Shown here: positions 22,936-36,301 of the stretch, piece by piece | Numbering within the stretch: position 1 is the first letter of the stretch | Layout of the letters: each line of letters begins with the position of its first letter | NCBI GenBank assembly: GCA_030704615.1 | Contig: CM060734.1 | Coordinates: 61,132,001 to 61,196,000, forward strand | Length of the DNA stretch: 64,000 nt | Reading direction: 5' to 3' | Source: Takakia lepidozioides | Lineage: Eukaryota > Plantae > Bryophyta | The notes under the pieces: generated by a model | What the model saw: only the letters and a program-made list of their open reading frames with translations | Databases searched by the model: none | What the model was told of the DNA's origin: nothing | Position numbers and translations under genes: made by a program

Positions 22936-24874
22936 CGCGGCGGACGGGGCGCGGGCGGGGTGCTGGGGAGCCGGGCGTCCGTGCGCGGGGCCCACCGGCC
23001 ACATCACACGTGCCCATTGAAGACCCTATTATCTTAAAATGAGAGGCGGCAAAACTGTACCTTGGATTCACTGTTAGATATTTTAGAATGCCATTGGTTG
23101 TTGTGTAGAGGTTGGGTAGCACGAGCACGTTCACACTTTCCACATGAGCAAGTTCACAGGAGAGCACTTGCGTGAGCACAACGACATATTCCACATATTT
23201 CCATAATAATTGAAAAATTTGATATCGTGAAACTTAAATGTGCTCACGTAGAAAAAATGGCGAACGCCTTTGAAATTTGTGCTCACATGTGTTTTGCCAT
23301 ACGACCATTTCTTGGTGTTGTTACTTGTACATCTCCCCGTGTTGTGTAATTAATTATTTTTATTACGTATATAGTTGTGAATTATAACATTAAGTATTTA
23401 ATGCATTATTTCTATGTTTTGAAATGCCTGAATACCACTTTGGTGTCCCTTTGTAACTCCATTTGAAAAACATATTGGCTTTATAACGTGGAGGACACTA
23501 GGAATAGTGTAAGAACTTAATGCACATGTGCAATCTCTGAAAGGATGGTACACCGGTTTTTGGCATGTCAAATCTTCCCCACCCTCTCTCTGAGTGACAT
23601 GGAACTGAAGGAGTGTAACTCCGCTCCGGGTTATACGGCCGAAAGTGTAGACTTCACTCAAGGTTACATGGAAGGGAGTGTAACTCCACTTGGTGTAGAT
23701 TGCATTTGGTGTCAGAGTCCAAATTTGGCTCAAGTATAAAACAGACTTAAGAGGAGTTACACAAAACACAAGGAGACACTTTCCTAGATTACACTAGTTG
23801 GAATTACATAGACATGGGTTATATTGGCTACCTATTATTGATCAAGAAAACCCAGCACCTCACCACCTATACTTCAATGATCTTGGTATCTGATGATAGC
23901 TGTGAAATACATGGTTTGATTCTTGCTCATACAAGAACACTCCGGTGGTGTTTGATGTCACCCTGTTCCTATATTAAAATGCATCATTTATTAGTGCAAG
24001 GTAAGTGTAAAGTAAGATATATCATGAAGATACACCCTTTAAACAAGGTTATATATCCTGACCAAAAATCTGTCACTCCTGTTATATCCCCTGGATATAC
24101 CTGAGTATATCCGGTAACTTGTATAATACCTCTTTTCTTACTGGTCATACGTGTGAACACAATATACTGCTCTTTCTGAGGCCATTTGTCCCAAAGGCAG
24201 CAGCAGCCGCCATGTGAAGTGGCTTTTAGTTATCCGGCAGCCTGAGTCCTCTCTCTCTCTCTCTCTCAAAATGGCTACTTCAACATGCAGTTAGTCACAT
24301 ATGGCTCCTCTTTGTGAATAGCGAAATCAACTTTTACCCATAATTAAATAATAATAAAATAAAAAATTCCATAATAAACTTGAAAACTCGTCCATTTATT
24401 TTTCATAAATTGTTCAATAAAAGAGATGTTACCTGAGGGAGGTGTTATCTGGAGGCAGTTCATGAAATAGTTTTCAACAATGGAGATGATGTGACACCTC
24501 CAGAAGGCATAATAGGGGGTTAGCGATTTTTGACACGGATGCGTACGTAGTCTCCTCTTTATTTATTTATTTATTATTAGAACAGGGGATGGAGGCCAGG
24601 CTGGAAATATACTAAATGGAATGGGAAAAAACAACCCGTGGAGATACAGCCTCTATTTTTTCTCTTTTTTTTCCTCTAGAGAGAAGAGGGGATGGTAGCC
24701 CTGCATGCTTTATTTGAACCTCTATTTATTCTAAAGAGGAGCCAACAAACATGGTTGTTTTTGTATTATGATGGGAAGTGCATGAAAAAAACAAAAAAAC
24801 AAAAAAGTGCATGGATATAGAAAGGAGAGTAGGTGGGCTATGATTACCACCAATTATGGAGCTGCCCGGACAAG

Positions 24875-25131
24875 GAATATTCTTCCCGAAGATGCGCGTG
24901 CTGACCAAGCGTGGGAGGCACGTAAATATAACAAAGTGTAATAAATAGAAAGAGTGAGACGGGGTACTTGACGTCCGCTCGCTGTTACTCCACACCCGAC
25001 CGCGCGGTCGCGGATCGCTGCCGGGTCGCTTGACCGCGGTCCAAGTCAGGGCGGACGGCGGCATCTCAGTCGGTGGAGTGCGACCGCGGTCGGTTACGGC
25101 ACCCTGGTGGGGCCACGAAGGACGAATATCC
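24875..25131. promoter_or_regulatory. Two P1BS (GNATATNC) phosphate-starvation elements upstream of the phosphatase
   Basis: GAATATTC 24875-24882 and GAATATCC 25124-25131; a third, GGATATGC, at 26003-26010 in intron 1. Confidence 0.55.
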
Positions 25132-25311
25132 GTAGAATGTCCGTCCGTCGACGTGTCCCGGGCTGGGAAATATGCGGGGACCCCTGATGGCGTAGCAAGT
25201 GTGGAAAAGTGGACCACGGATTGCCTGCGCACGCTCTCTTGTCTCGTCACGTATATATACACACTGTCTGCAACAAATGATGAAAAGTGATTTGTGATCT
25301 CGAGTGATTCA

Positions 25312-28300
25312 ATGGCGCAATGGAAGGGGTTGATCGGGTGTGTGTTGGTGGCGTTGGTGCTCTGTGTGGGAGAGTCGGCCTATGTGCGTCCTCCTGCTCG
25401 CGAGAACCTTTCAATCGACCTCGCTAAGAAGGATTCCACTGATCCTGACCAGGTAAAGGAGGAATCGACTCAAGAGAGATCTTGCATGGTTGGGTCTGGG
25501 TCTGGTTCTGCTGTGGCAGAGTGAGAGGTAGAAGCTGAATAGATCTGAAGAAAGCTGGAGAGTGGGGTGATTACCACAGGTAATGAACATTAATTTGTTC
25601 AAAGGTTTATCGCGTGGTACATGTTTGGGTTAGGTGAGGGTCACAGTTTGAATCAAGATCAATGCATGCGTAAGCTGCACACGAAATATTGTTCTACATT
25701 GCCAAAAATTATTGGAAGGTGGCATCGGATGAATTTGCAAGGCTCCCGCTTTGGTTGCACAATTAGTCTGCTTTTTTCGAAAGCTGTTGCACGAAGTCTT
25801 CTCCCTGTACAGCTCTCCCATTTTTCGAATGTGGGAAGAATCCTTAGTCCCACTAAAACCCGAGAAAAGTAAGAGGGGCAGATAGTATCGTGGCAATCGA
25901 ACAGGTTCGTGAGTAACACGAGATCTGTATCTATAGATCAGTTTATCAATCAGGCTTGCTTTAATAGATGGGGAATTAGGCGGGCTGAAATTTGCTGGTG
26001 GAGGATATGCTTGCTTGTAACTTATACCACCCAGCGGTGATAGTCTTCACATTCTACTTCTACGCTAAAGGTCCAGAAAGCAGTGTGGATATATATATAC
26101 GAATGAATCTCCAGGAATAGGAAGGGGGTGGGGAGAAAGGCAAGAAGGAAGTCACGAGGTCCACGGAATGTCCAAAGAGACCTTCCGATCACAGAGACTG
26201 TTAAGCTCTGTACTCTTTGTGGCCATGAACTCTGTTACATTGTTTCCTGGCCGGAGCAGAGAAATAAGAGTAATCTTGAGAGGAGAGGTGAAGTGGGAGA
26301 ATGTTTCTTGCTGTTTACCAATAGAACAAGGGGGGACAACAGGTGCATGTGTCATTGGCTGGACCCAATCAAATGAAGGTGTCATGGATGACCTCCGCAA
26401 CCACGGTGCCAGCCACTGTCCAATATGGAACGTCGCCGGGGCAATACACTGCAAGTGCAAGTGGGGTGACAACAAGCTACAGCTTCCTTCTCTACAAATC
26501 TGGTCAGATGCACCATGTTGTTTTGGGTCCACTGGCAGACAGCACCACTTATTACTATTTGCTGGGAGGTTTCGGTCCTGAGTACAGTTTTACAACTCCT
26601 CCTCCTGCAGGTCCCGCTGTGCCCATCAAATTCGCTGTCGTCGGTGAGTTTGCTAGTCTTACATTCTTTCTCCCTCACCCCCAGAAACCCACCCTGAATA
26701 TAAGAACACTGTCAACAATGAATCGAAAGGTGGCCCCTGTACTGTGCATACATGTATTCATTGTCACAAGCGACATTTGAGCCCACACCGACCCTGAAGC
26801 AATCTCGTATACTTTTCTCTTTCATAATTCAAGGACAGATTTGATGCCATCTCAGTGTTGTGTGAGGACTTCGGGAAAACTTAATTTGTATTCTGAGGAA
26901 GCAAATGACTAGTTTGAGCAGCTTACAGTACGATGCATGCATGCGGATGACAAACTTTAACTCCTGCTTGATTGAGAGCATGCAGGTGATCTGGGGCAAA
27001 CTGCATGGACAACATCCACACTGCAACACATTGGGAATTCGGTGTACGATGTCCTAATATTTGCTGGGGACCTTTCGTATGCTGACTATAATCAACCCCT
27101 GTGGGACTCATTTGGCACGCTGGTGTCACCGTATGCCAGTCTGAAGCCATGGATGGTGACACAAGGAAATCATGAGGAAGAGGGGCTCTTAGCCATTGAA
27201 AAGTTCAGATCGTACAACACACGATGGCAGATGCCGCATAACGAGAGCGGCTCAACCTCCAACTTGTATTACTCTTTCGAAGTTGCCGGGGTTCATGTTC
27301 TCATGTTGGGCTCCTATGCGGACTACAGCAGCGGCTCTGACCAATACCAGTGGCTTCAAGTAAGCTCGTTTTCCCCCTGCCGGACGTCTCTCATATACTC
27401 GAGGCAGTGCCCTGTGTTGTGGCCCTTCTTGGGTTGGGGTTCATTCAGTCCTCAAATTATTCGATCCTATGATTAAGGGACTGTCTTCCAGAAGTCTATG
27501 TGCAGGCTAGATCTATCTCATTTCGTTGTTAATGATCATACTGTCACCGAATACTACCTCACTGCATCTTCTTGTAACGTTTTGATGACAGAACGATTTG
27601 GCGACGGTAGACAGAACCAAAACGCCGTGGCTGATTGCTATGCTGCATGCACCCTGGTACAACAGTAACTCTGCTCACCAGGGTGAAGGAGATGGCATGA
27701 TGGCAGCCATGGAGACATTACTTTATAATGCCAAGGTCGACATCATCTTTGCAGGCCATGTCCATGCCTACGAGCGCTCGGTGAGTATTCGGCACTCGAC
27801 TCCCATCTCCCAAACAAATACCCAATTCGATCTGAAATGTGCTACCTTTGCTAAATTCCGTCTGCAGACTGAGTACAAACTTTGATAGAGCCCTCTTCGA
27901 CGAGAGATCAGGTGGCTCTCTCGAGGCTTCTCTTTGCTATCAACTAGATTTTGACCTTTCCCCAGCACTTGGCAGTGCGTAAACTGTACTTAGCAATTTG
28001 ATTTTTGAAGGGAGATTCTCGAGATCACTCATGAATGTAAATGCTACCTTGTACACGACCTCGTTTCCAGAGAGGATTGGGATAGATTTGCGTATGACAC
28101 TGACTACAGTACTGACCGAAGTCATGTGCTGCCTTGGGTGACAGACACGAGCATATTTGAAGCAAGTGGATCCATGTGGTATTATATATATCACCATCGG
28201 TGATGGGGGCAATCGTGAAGGTCTTGCCAAGGAGTATGTGTTCTCCTCCTCATACTTGCACTGAGACGAGAGGGAAATGGGGGTGACCCTTAGGGTGTAC

Positions 28301-28737
28301 TTGTGTCATGACCTGATGCTTTTCCAGTAAACATTTGGAAGATAATGAGGAAGGTTGAAAGAGCTAACTGAAAGGAAGACTCAACATTTTTAATGCATGT
28401 GAACATCAAGGGATAGGAAGATGCCAAGATTGGGGGTAGGCTTTGCTTCAATGTCAAATTCTAGCTGGCTGTCATGGAGGTCTGAAGTAAGATTAGTGGT
28501 TGTGTTTGCAGCTACTTGGACCAGCCTGTATGGTCGGTAGCCAGGGAGGCGAGCTTTGGGCATGGTGAGCTCAGTTTTGTGAATGCCACACATGCATATT
28601 GGAGCTGGCACCGAAATCAAGACGATGAATCTGTACTGGCAGACGATGTGTGGATCGCCAGTTTGAGTGGGAGCCAGTCGGGATGCACCTCAGGGCAGGC
28701 TCAGACAAGGTCCAGGAAAATGGGAAAGAGGGTGTAA
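25312..28737 (+). CDS. Secreted purple acid phosphatase (6 exons: 25312-25452, 26343-26643, 26986-27359, 27592-27780, 28145-28233, 28512-28737)
   Basis: Signal peptide; metal-ligand motifs GDLG, GDLSY, GNHE, LHAPWY, GHVH; GT-AG junctions in phase. Confidence 0.93.
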
Positions 28738-29989
28738 ATAAGTGATGCCCACAGAAATCTCATTCAATGTTAGATTTTTTCGGGAGATAACCCTTTCATA
28801 AGAGCAGTGGCTCAGACGTATCTCCTTCCTCTGGAGATGAAGGTTACAGCACGTATACAACTATGCAAGTCCTTGGGGCAAAAGCTTCCACAGTCTGCCA
28901 TGACTTCAGATTCCAGACCTCAGATACATGACAATCACGAAAGTGGTACTCGTAGTGTTTGAGTTGTTTCTTACGAGGAGAGCCAGTTGGACAGCTCCAC
29001 TTCCTCTCATATACATTACTGCTTTTACTACAGCATTTAGATAGCTCGGTAAGTAATCTAGCTAAGATTAAAGCTCTTTCCAACCTCACCTATTACAAAT
29101 TTAGTGCTGTAAAGCCTTTAGAGTTGCAATGTAAGACCTCAAACGCTTGTATACTGTTTCTATTATATACACAAACCTCATTTAAGGTTTCTACTTTCTA
29201 CATCCACTGCAGACACTAACTGCTCACTCTTGAATCATACACAAGCTCAAGCTGCACTCGAGCTACACTCAAGCTACACCACCAAATCTCTCTCCGAGCT
29301 GGACATATCCCATTCAAGATATGACATGTCTTCTACATCTGCACCTAAATAAGCCTTGCTTCACTACTCCCTACAATAGATTGCACCAATTGTAGAAATT
29401 CTACACCTTGATCTCTACAGCTGGAGTATACATACTGAAACAACAAAGAACTGTGTTAAGCCTCAAACCAAATATACTACTGCAGTAAGTTTCTATTGCA
29501 TGCACTTTTGTGTGAGCTTTGCAAGTATCCCATCTATCTCAGCACCAAATTGGATACAGGTCTTAACATGGGCCTCTCTAACAGGTGTGTGGCAGTTACA
29601 ATGCAACCTGGGCATCAAGTAACTTGACATGACATACATCTGTAACTTGACATGACTCGAGTTCATGACGAGCAATCAGAAGTATCTGACCACCAAAATT
29701 TCCTAGAACACTCTCAATTGCAACCCAAAAGCCTCCTGCACTACAGACAGCGCATTTCCAAAGGGAATAAGTTCAATACGAATAAAGACTTGGTAAGTAA
29801 GGATGGTTGGCCCAAGAATGTGGCCCACTTCCAAAACCACACAGGGTAAGACAAGATAGTACAACAATTGAGGGTGTGCATGAAATAGGAAAACAATGGT
29901 ATTGCCCAAAACTGCAAGAGCTCATTACATTAGGCAGCCAATGCCCTCCCATATCAACAAAACAAAGCTGGGTGACAGCTCTAAGGGCC

Positions 29990-31835
29990 TCAACGGTAGC
30001 GCTTAAGGGACAACGTGTTGTTCCGCTTCCAGGTGGCCCGAACAGAGGGACGTGCCTTGCAATACAAATGACCTCTGCCACGCAGTCCACGGTGCTTCTT
30101 ACCCGCTGAAGTCAATCCCCGGAGCTCGCGGTGCTTGTGCACAGGGTTGACAATCCAGTTGATGCGTGGGTCTTTACGGATCACCGAGTGTGCAGTATCA
30201 ACCAGTATCACTTCAAAGTACTTGTATGTTGAATCCTGCAAACCTCCCACATCCATCAGTACTCTTTCCTGTCTTACAACAAGGAACTCCGAGATGCCGT
30301 GCACGATACTGGTCTCTTCAGCCAAATGCTTGAGTTAGATAAAGTTTGCAGTGTAGTAGCAGTCTCACCAGTTTTAACCTTTAACTACCAAGTAAATGAG
30401 GGTCAGAATCCGTCCACAGGTCATGTTGAAAGCTATTAGATTCAGAGCTGTGTACTCATTCAGAGAGCTGCTGCAGAACCCTAATTCCCATACTGTATGC
30501 ATCCATACAAGGCCAGTCCATGGGGTCAAACCACATGAAAGCAGTAAATCAACATGCAATCACTTAGTGAACGGGATGAAGAGCACCCATCTCCAGTTGG
30601 CAGTCCCCTTCCTACTTTAAATTTTCTCTTATTGTGGAACTGCAGATATCCAGAGATGCCACTCTGACAGTCACATTGTTGCAAGGGGTTTTCCATCCTC
30701 AGAAAGTCTGCACTAAATATATACTCAAAACCTTTCTGATGAAAAACCCAGGCCTCACCAAACAATAGGTGGGAAAATAGCCTCAAGGTGAACAACCAGG
30801 TCTTACTTGACAACACACGACCCAGAGAAAGGGCACACCTGGTTAATCCAGTAAGAATTAAGAACCCTGAGACCTCCAAGTTTGCGGCCAGCGCGCTCCT
30901 CAGCTACAGACCGCAGGTTTCGCTGAAACTTGAGCTGGGTAATACCCTGATTCTTGGGCTTTCCATAAACGATACCCTTGCTCACAGGCCTCTTCCTGCC
31001 CCCTCGGCGCACACGGATGCGATACACTACATAGCCCTGCAAGAGCATGCTTATAATTCATCTTCCATGGACATAAAGACAAACTATTTACATAGCCTCT
31101 ACTCTTGAATTTTCTCAGTTCTGGCTCACATAGACCGGGCTCGAACAAATTGTGTTCCATCGTCAAGGCACCAAGACCAGAAGACACACCTGCTTGGCTT
31201 TGAAGCCGAGGCGGCGAGCCTTGTCGGGGCGGGTCGGCCTATTGATGCGAACAATGCCGGGCAGTTGCCTATACTCCCAGCATCTCACTCGAAGCAAGAA
31301 CCGCAGCACATCCGACTGCTTCTTCCTCCATAGCTCCTCAACATACTTGTACGCACCTGATCCTCGGAAAATCATCCAAGTCAGTACATTGTCCGAGACC
31401 TAAAATCTGGGAACATGTCCCAGCATCTCCCATATGCACGACTCAAATGCGGATCCGCAATACTTTGCTCTCCGTCCAGAACCAGATATGACAGCCATCC
31501 AGACGCGCGTGAGGGCACAGATTCTACTCATGAAGGCTTCAAGACGGACAACTTAGTGACATAGCCAGGTCATGGTTCTCCCAATGTGATTACCGCCCTG
31601 GTTCTAGGTCGGCACTCCTCTAGTCGAAACCACAGCATTAACTGTATCACTTCATACCCATCACAGTGCCCTAGTAGAAAATAAGTTTCAGTCACAGTGG
31701 GAGAGATTACGGGCGCAGCCTACAATAACCAAGCGGTACACCACACCACAGCCAGCGAAACAGTAATACAAACCAGGATTTCAATGCAAGAAAGACGATC
31801 TAGAAAAATTCGAGTAATGAACGATACACACCCAT
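29990..31835 (-). CDS. RPL15: 60S ribosomal protein L15 (exons 31835-31832, 31356-31190, 31036-30839, 30235-29990)
   Basis: [28 protein letters not shown]...[12 protein letters not shown]...NTLSLKRYR. Confidence 0.97.
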
Positions 31836-33396
31836 GGCTCGCCGCTGCGGCCTCCGATGCTGCAGAGCACGAGCAGGAAAGGAAAATCAAAGGGAGGAAG
31901 CTCAGCAGAAAAGGTGCGAGACGACAGCCGCCCCAAACCCTAACTCAACCCCCCTCCAACCCTGGTTGAATCTTGAACCCAGGGTTCGTCGAAATCACCG
32001 TCCATTTACATTATTGTTTTACTTTTTTACTCTTTTGACACGGCAGTCTGCGTGAACTCTCGCAAGAGCTTTACTTAGCGAGGAATGTACAAGCATTCTC
32101 TTCTCGTACTCTGAAATCCTCAGATCCTTCGCTTTCAACGCAAACATCACTCTTGAAAGAACCGAGAGATTTGTGAAGGCTTCTTTGGTAATCTTGTGTA
32201 TAGCAGGCAATTAGTGGTTGAAAGGATTCCCTCTGAGCTCAGCTCGTTCCTTTGGTTACCAGTTTCAAGATTTGCTTCATCGATTTCTCAAGTAATCTTC
32301 GCATTGGAAGAAAGCACGCAATGGCATGTGAAGACGCGCACTTTGGCCGAGCTGATCTCATCGCCATGATCGCCAAGGTATGATTTGTCTGCGTTAGCAG
32401 CTTTTTCCACATTTGCAGTTTTCTGCTCTTATGACGGACAACCGTCCTGCGTTCATGTAGGCATTTCCTGAGTGAGAGTTTGGAATAGCTGATAATTTTT
32501 GCGGCACTACGAGGGAACATTGGTTACACTAGACTCGTGCGGTCCGTGGATCATGAATTGCTATCAGGACGAGTAATGAGTCTCAGGTCGACGGATCGAT
32601 TGCTGGCGGTTAAGTGAGTGCTGCGACGATCATAGGCCACATGGGATCAAAACTTGTCCACAATCAGTTTAATCTACTCGCATGTTTGAATTAACATCTA
32701 TACTTGCTATTGGACTCAGTCTGCGTTGGAATTGGAGGTTACACCAAGGAAGCATGTTTGCCACGTAGTAATTTCACAACACAATATGTGACCTTGCAGC
32801 CCTGTGCTGCAAATGAAGATTTAATGGAAATTGACAATGTGAAATGTGACAGATAAGATGCTTCGCTAGCTTTGAATGTGCCGTGGGCATTACGTAGAGT
32901 CCTGTTCGTGTTCTGAATTTCTTATCTGCCTGTGTTGTGCAGGCTACAACTCAGTTGCTATTCTTTCAAGCAGTTTACATCGTCAGAATCTAGTTGTGTC
33001 TTTCCAGTCAATCAGAGGGAGGGATTGCATATGCACACAAAGATGCTGTAGTTGGATGAGACAGACACACTATCATCAGATAGTGTGATGATATCTTTCT
33101 GCGTATGACAGAACATTGACTCGTCTACATTTGCAATATTTGCTCGTTTTGGTTTGTTCTCCCCAAGTAGGCTACTGTCATTGATGGGGCCCTATCCTTC
33201 TGTACTATCTGACTTCTACACCCCCACAGTCCAGAACTTACATTGTTTCAGGCTACTTTTTGCTGCAGTTGCTTGTATTTAGTCTCCTTTGCTGTCTCTG
33301 GTCTTGGAATGCTTCTTCTCCCCTCCTCCCATTTTAAACTCTGGTCCTGCATTCCTACGTCCTAGAGACAGATGCATATCTGCTCACCTGCCCAGA

Positions 33397-35210
33397 TGGC
33401 CTCTCGAGGGTTCATCACATGCTCCAGTACTAATCATGGTTCGCCTATTCTCATTGACAGCACTTTTCAAACTTCCCCTTTGCTGTCTAGCATGAAACAG
33501 CTAGCAGTGAGTGCAGAGATAGATATCTTTCAGTTGAGTGGGCGGCCACAACATCATAGTAGACATGAGTCAAGAGGGACTGGGCAATCGGTCAGTCTGG
33601 AATGTCATAAATATCATCAGGCTCTACCTTTGTCTTCCTGGCAGCCAGTTTCCAGGAGTTTGTACCCCAAATGTGACACCAAATCCATACCCTGCAGACA
33701 ACCTGCCATCCATATGGCACAGTCTAGCAATGAAGGCACATCGCCTGCATTTACAGAGGAGTTCCAAACGAGAACAAGCGCAGATGAGGTGAGTATAATT
33801 TCGATATACCTGTTGGTGGAATTCACAAGTTGCCTTCTGTAGGTCGGAGGCCTTTGGCTTTCGATGTTGGAAGGGGCTTGCAAGATTCTCCTGGAAGAGA
33901 GAAGGAAGGAGGAGGAGGAAGGAAGGGACAGGTTTCCATAAGGCGGGCCAGAGTGTCAAGCCGGGGGCTATGAATTGTTTTGTTCAACTGGCGTGCTTTA
34001 CTTGTGTCCTCTTTATGTTTTGTTGAGTGTAAAAAAGGTAGTAAGAGCAGTTACAAGTAGTCGGCTGGATATGCAAATCTCCCAGGTGCGTCTACCAGAC
34101 TTTCGACCAACAAAGTCTGTTCCAAGACTCAAGGGAGTTGGAATCTTTGACTTATTGCATGAAGACCTGTGTGGCAGGTGCGAGATGAGATCCTAGCATG
34201 CTATAAACTCGTTCACAAGAGTGGAAGAGGAGCTGTTTACTTTGGATCTGCTCAAACCAAAGAAGACCACCCTCACTATTTGCAGGCCATGGAGCTAGGC
34301 CGGGATGTAAGTGAAAAAATATTTACAGAGAGGCTTTGGTAGGATACGAAGAACTAGACAAACCTACTTCAATTGTCCAATTCAGTCCTGGAAATCAACG
34401 GAGTGACTTGTCTAGCAGTTGTCATCCATCAGTGACATTTAGCTACTTGCTCATTCATACACACATAAAAAGGAAGTATATCGGGCCAGGTGGCACTGCT
34501 TCTCAACTGCACCTCATGGACAGGAGCGGGGCCAGGCATGATGGATGCAGTTGTTCAAGGGGCACTACAAGCAAACAAACCAGTGGGTGGCTTCAAAATC
34601 TCCAATGAGGGCGGCACTTGGACCAATTCCTGTGTGCTCCTGCCAGACACCTATCTCACATGCAGGTTTGGTGCTCATGTTTCTCACCAGTGTGGCTGAA
34701 TGTGGCCAGCTACAAGGCTTTTGAAATTTTGTTGCTGATGTTAGATTTTGCACCTGCTATCTCAGATTTTTCTTTCCCACCCACACCCACCTCCCGTGTT
34801 TTCTGAACCCGTTAGAGGATGAAGGAAGACACAGAGATGTTGAATTGCTGGGGTCGCAAGCGTGCAGATTTTTCTCGGCTCGCAAGCATGGTTTAGTGGA
34901 TGCAGGTGTTAGAATCAAGCCAGCCGACCGCACAGCTTTCATATTTTTGCCAGGTGGCGTAGGCACATTGGATGAGATCTTTGAGATTCTCACACACGTC
35001 CAGCTCAAGCGACTTGGGTCAACATACCCAGTGCCCCTCCTCATCATGAACTATGATGGCTTCTATACCAACCTTCTAAGCTTTTTTAGGACTTGCCAAG
35101 AATGGGGTACTGTTGCTGCTGGGGAGGTGGAGGCACTGGCGCAAGTGTGCAAAACTAATGAAGAGGCCCTCAAGTACTTGGCTGATTTCTATGGCATCAG
35201 TGCAAAGTGA
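33397..35210 (+). CDS. LOG/lysine-decarboxylase-like family phosphoribohydrolase with N-terminal extension (possible transit peptide); start uncertain
   Basis: VYFGSA, WTGAGPGMM, FFSARKHGL, PGGVGTLDE motifs over 4 exons (to 33788, 34178-34306, from 34490, 34868-35210). Confidence 0.85.
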
Positions 35211-35754
35211 ACAAAGCTTCAGAGGTAGGCTTCAAGATAGCAGGGCTAAGGAGAGCGTTAAAATTTTAATCTGCCAATTAAATGATCCAGTGACAGTAGT
35301 AGGAGCAAGTGGCCAACTGTGGGCATTAATAGCAAATGTCTGGGAAGGCAATGTCACTGTTTCAGAAACATGTCATATGCTAGTTCATGGCTGTTGACGT
35401 AACAATTTATTTATAGTCTCTCTGCTTCTTGAGCTTCCTTGTCCGTGTTGCCTTTCATGCCTAGCTGAAGCCCGGTGAAAAATGGTTTCTCTTCAGTCAC
35501 TGGGATTATGCTTGCGTCAATGCAAGCATCATTCATGACAGAAAATTTAGGGGAGAGATCACACAGTTCATGTTTACAAGATCCCTCGTGTCACCCTCAT
35601 CCCTCTGTCACCCTCCCATTGGCATATCAAAATATTCATCCATTAACAAACGGAGTCTGTATAAATCGTCCGTCATCTTACAGATATGTCACCCTGGCTT
35701 CCCAGGCAGGGGAAATAGAGAAGAGGGGAGAGAGGCAGCGTGCGTGAAGCAGCG

Positions 35755-36255
35755 ATGGAGAACAACAAGAAGAAGGGGGCGGAGGAGAAGATGGAGGGGG
35801 TGTGCGAGAAGAAGATCAGGAACATATGCATAGTGGCGCATGTGGACCACGGCAAGACGACGATGGCCGATCACTTGATTGCGGCAGCAGGGGGCGGGGT
35901 TCTGCATGCCAGACAGGCGGGGAAGTTGCGGTACTTGGATTACCGGGACGATGAGCAGCAACGAGGTGTGACTATGAAGAGCTCTTCCATTGCTCTTAGA
36001 TTCAAAGGCTACCTTATTAACCTCATAGATTCCCCTGGTCATGTTGATTTCTGTAGCGAAGTGTCAACGGCAGCGCGTCTGAGTGATGGCGCATTGCTGC
36101 TTGTGGATGCCTGTGAGGGTGTGCATATACAGACGCACGCAGTGCTGCGGCAGGCATGGGTGGAGCGGGTCATACCCTGCCTGGTGCTTAATAAGATTGA
36201 CCGTCTGATACTGGAGCTTAAGCTCACCCCCTTGGAAGCATATGCGCGTATGCAG

Positions 36256-36301
<46 letters not shown>

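Larger units (their letters stand above)
2562..23030. mobile_element. Decayed Mutator-like element (MULE) with convergent Ulp1-protease and SWIM transposase genes, interrupted by the retrotransposon; boundaries approximate
   Basis: Transposase on - strand (~19244-22513), Ulp1-like gene on + strand (2562-~18400), GACTG-type repeat arrays; TIRs and TSD not identified. Confidence 0.6.

Noticed and set aside
2090-23040. MULE terminal inverted repeats (agagtctcc versus agggtcttc)
   Set aside because: Match too short and no TSD; boundaries left approximate
22498-23194. Long overlapping ORFs on both strands
   Set aside because: Products of the GC-rich GGACTGGC repeat array; low-complexity translations
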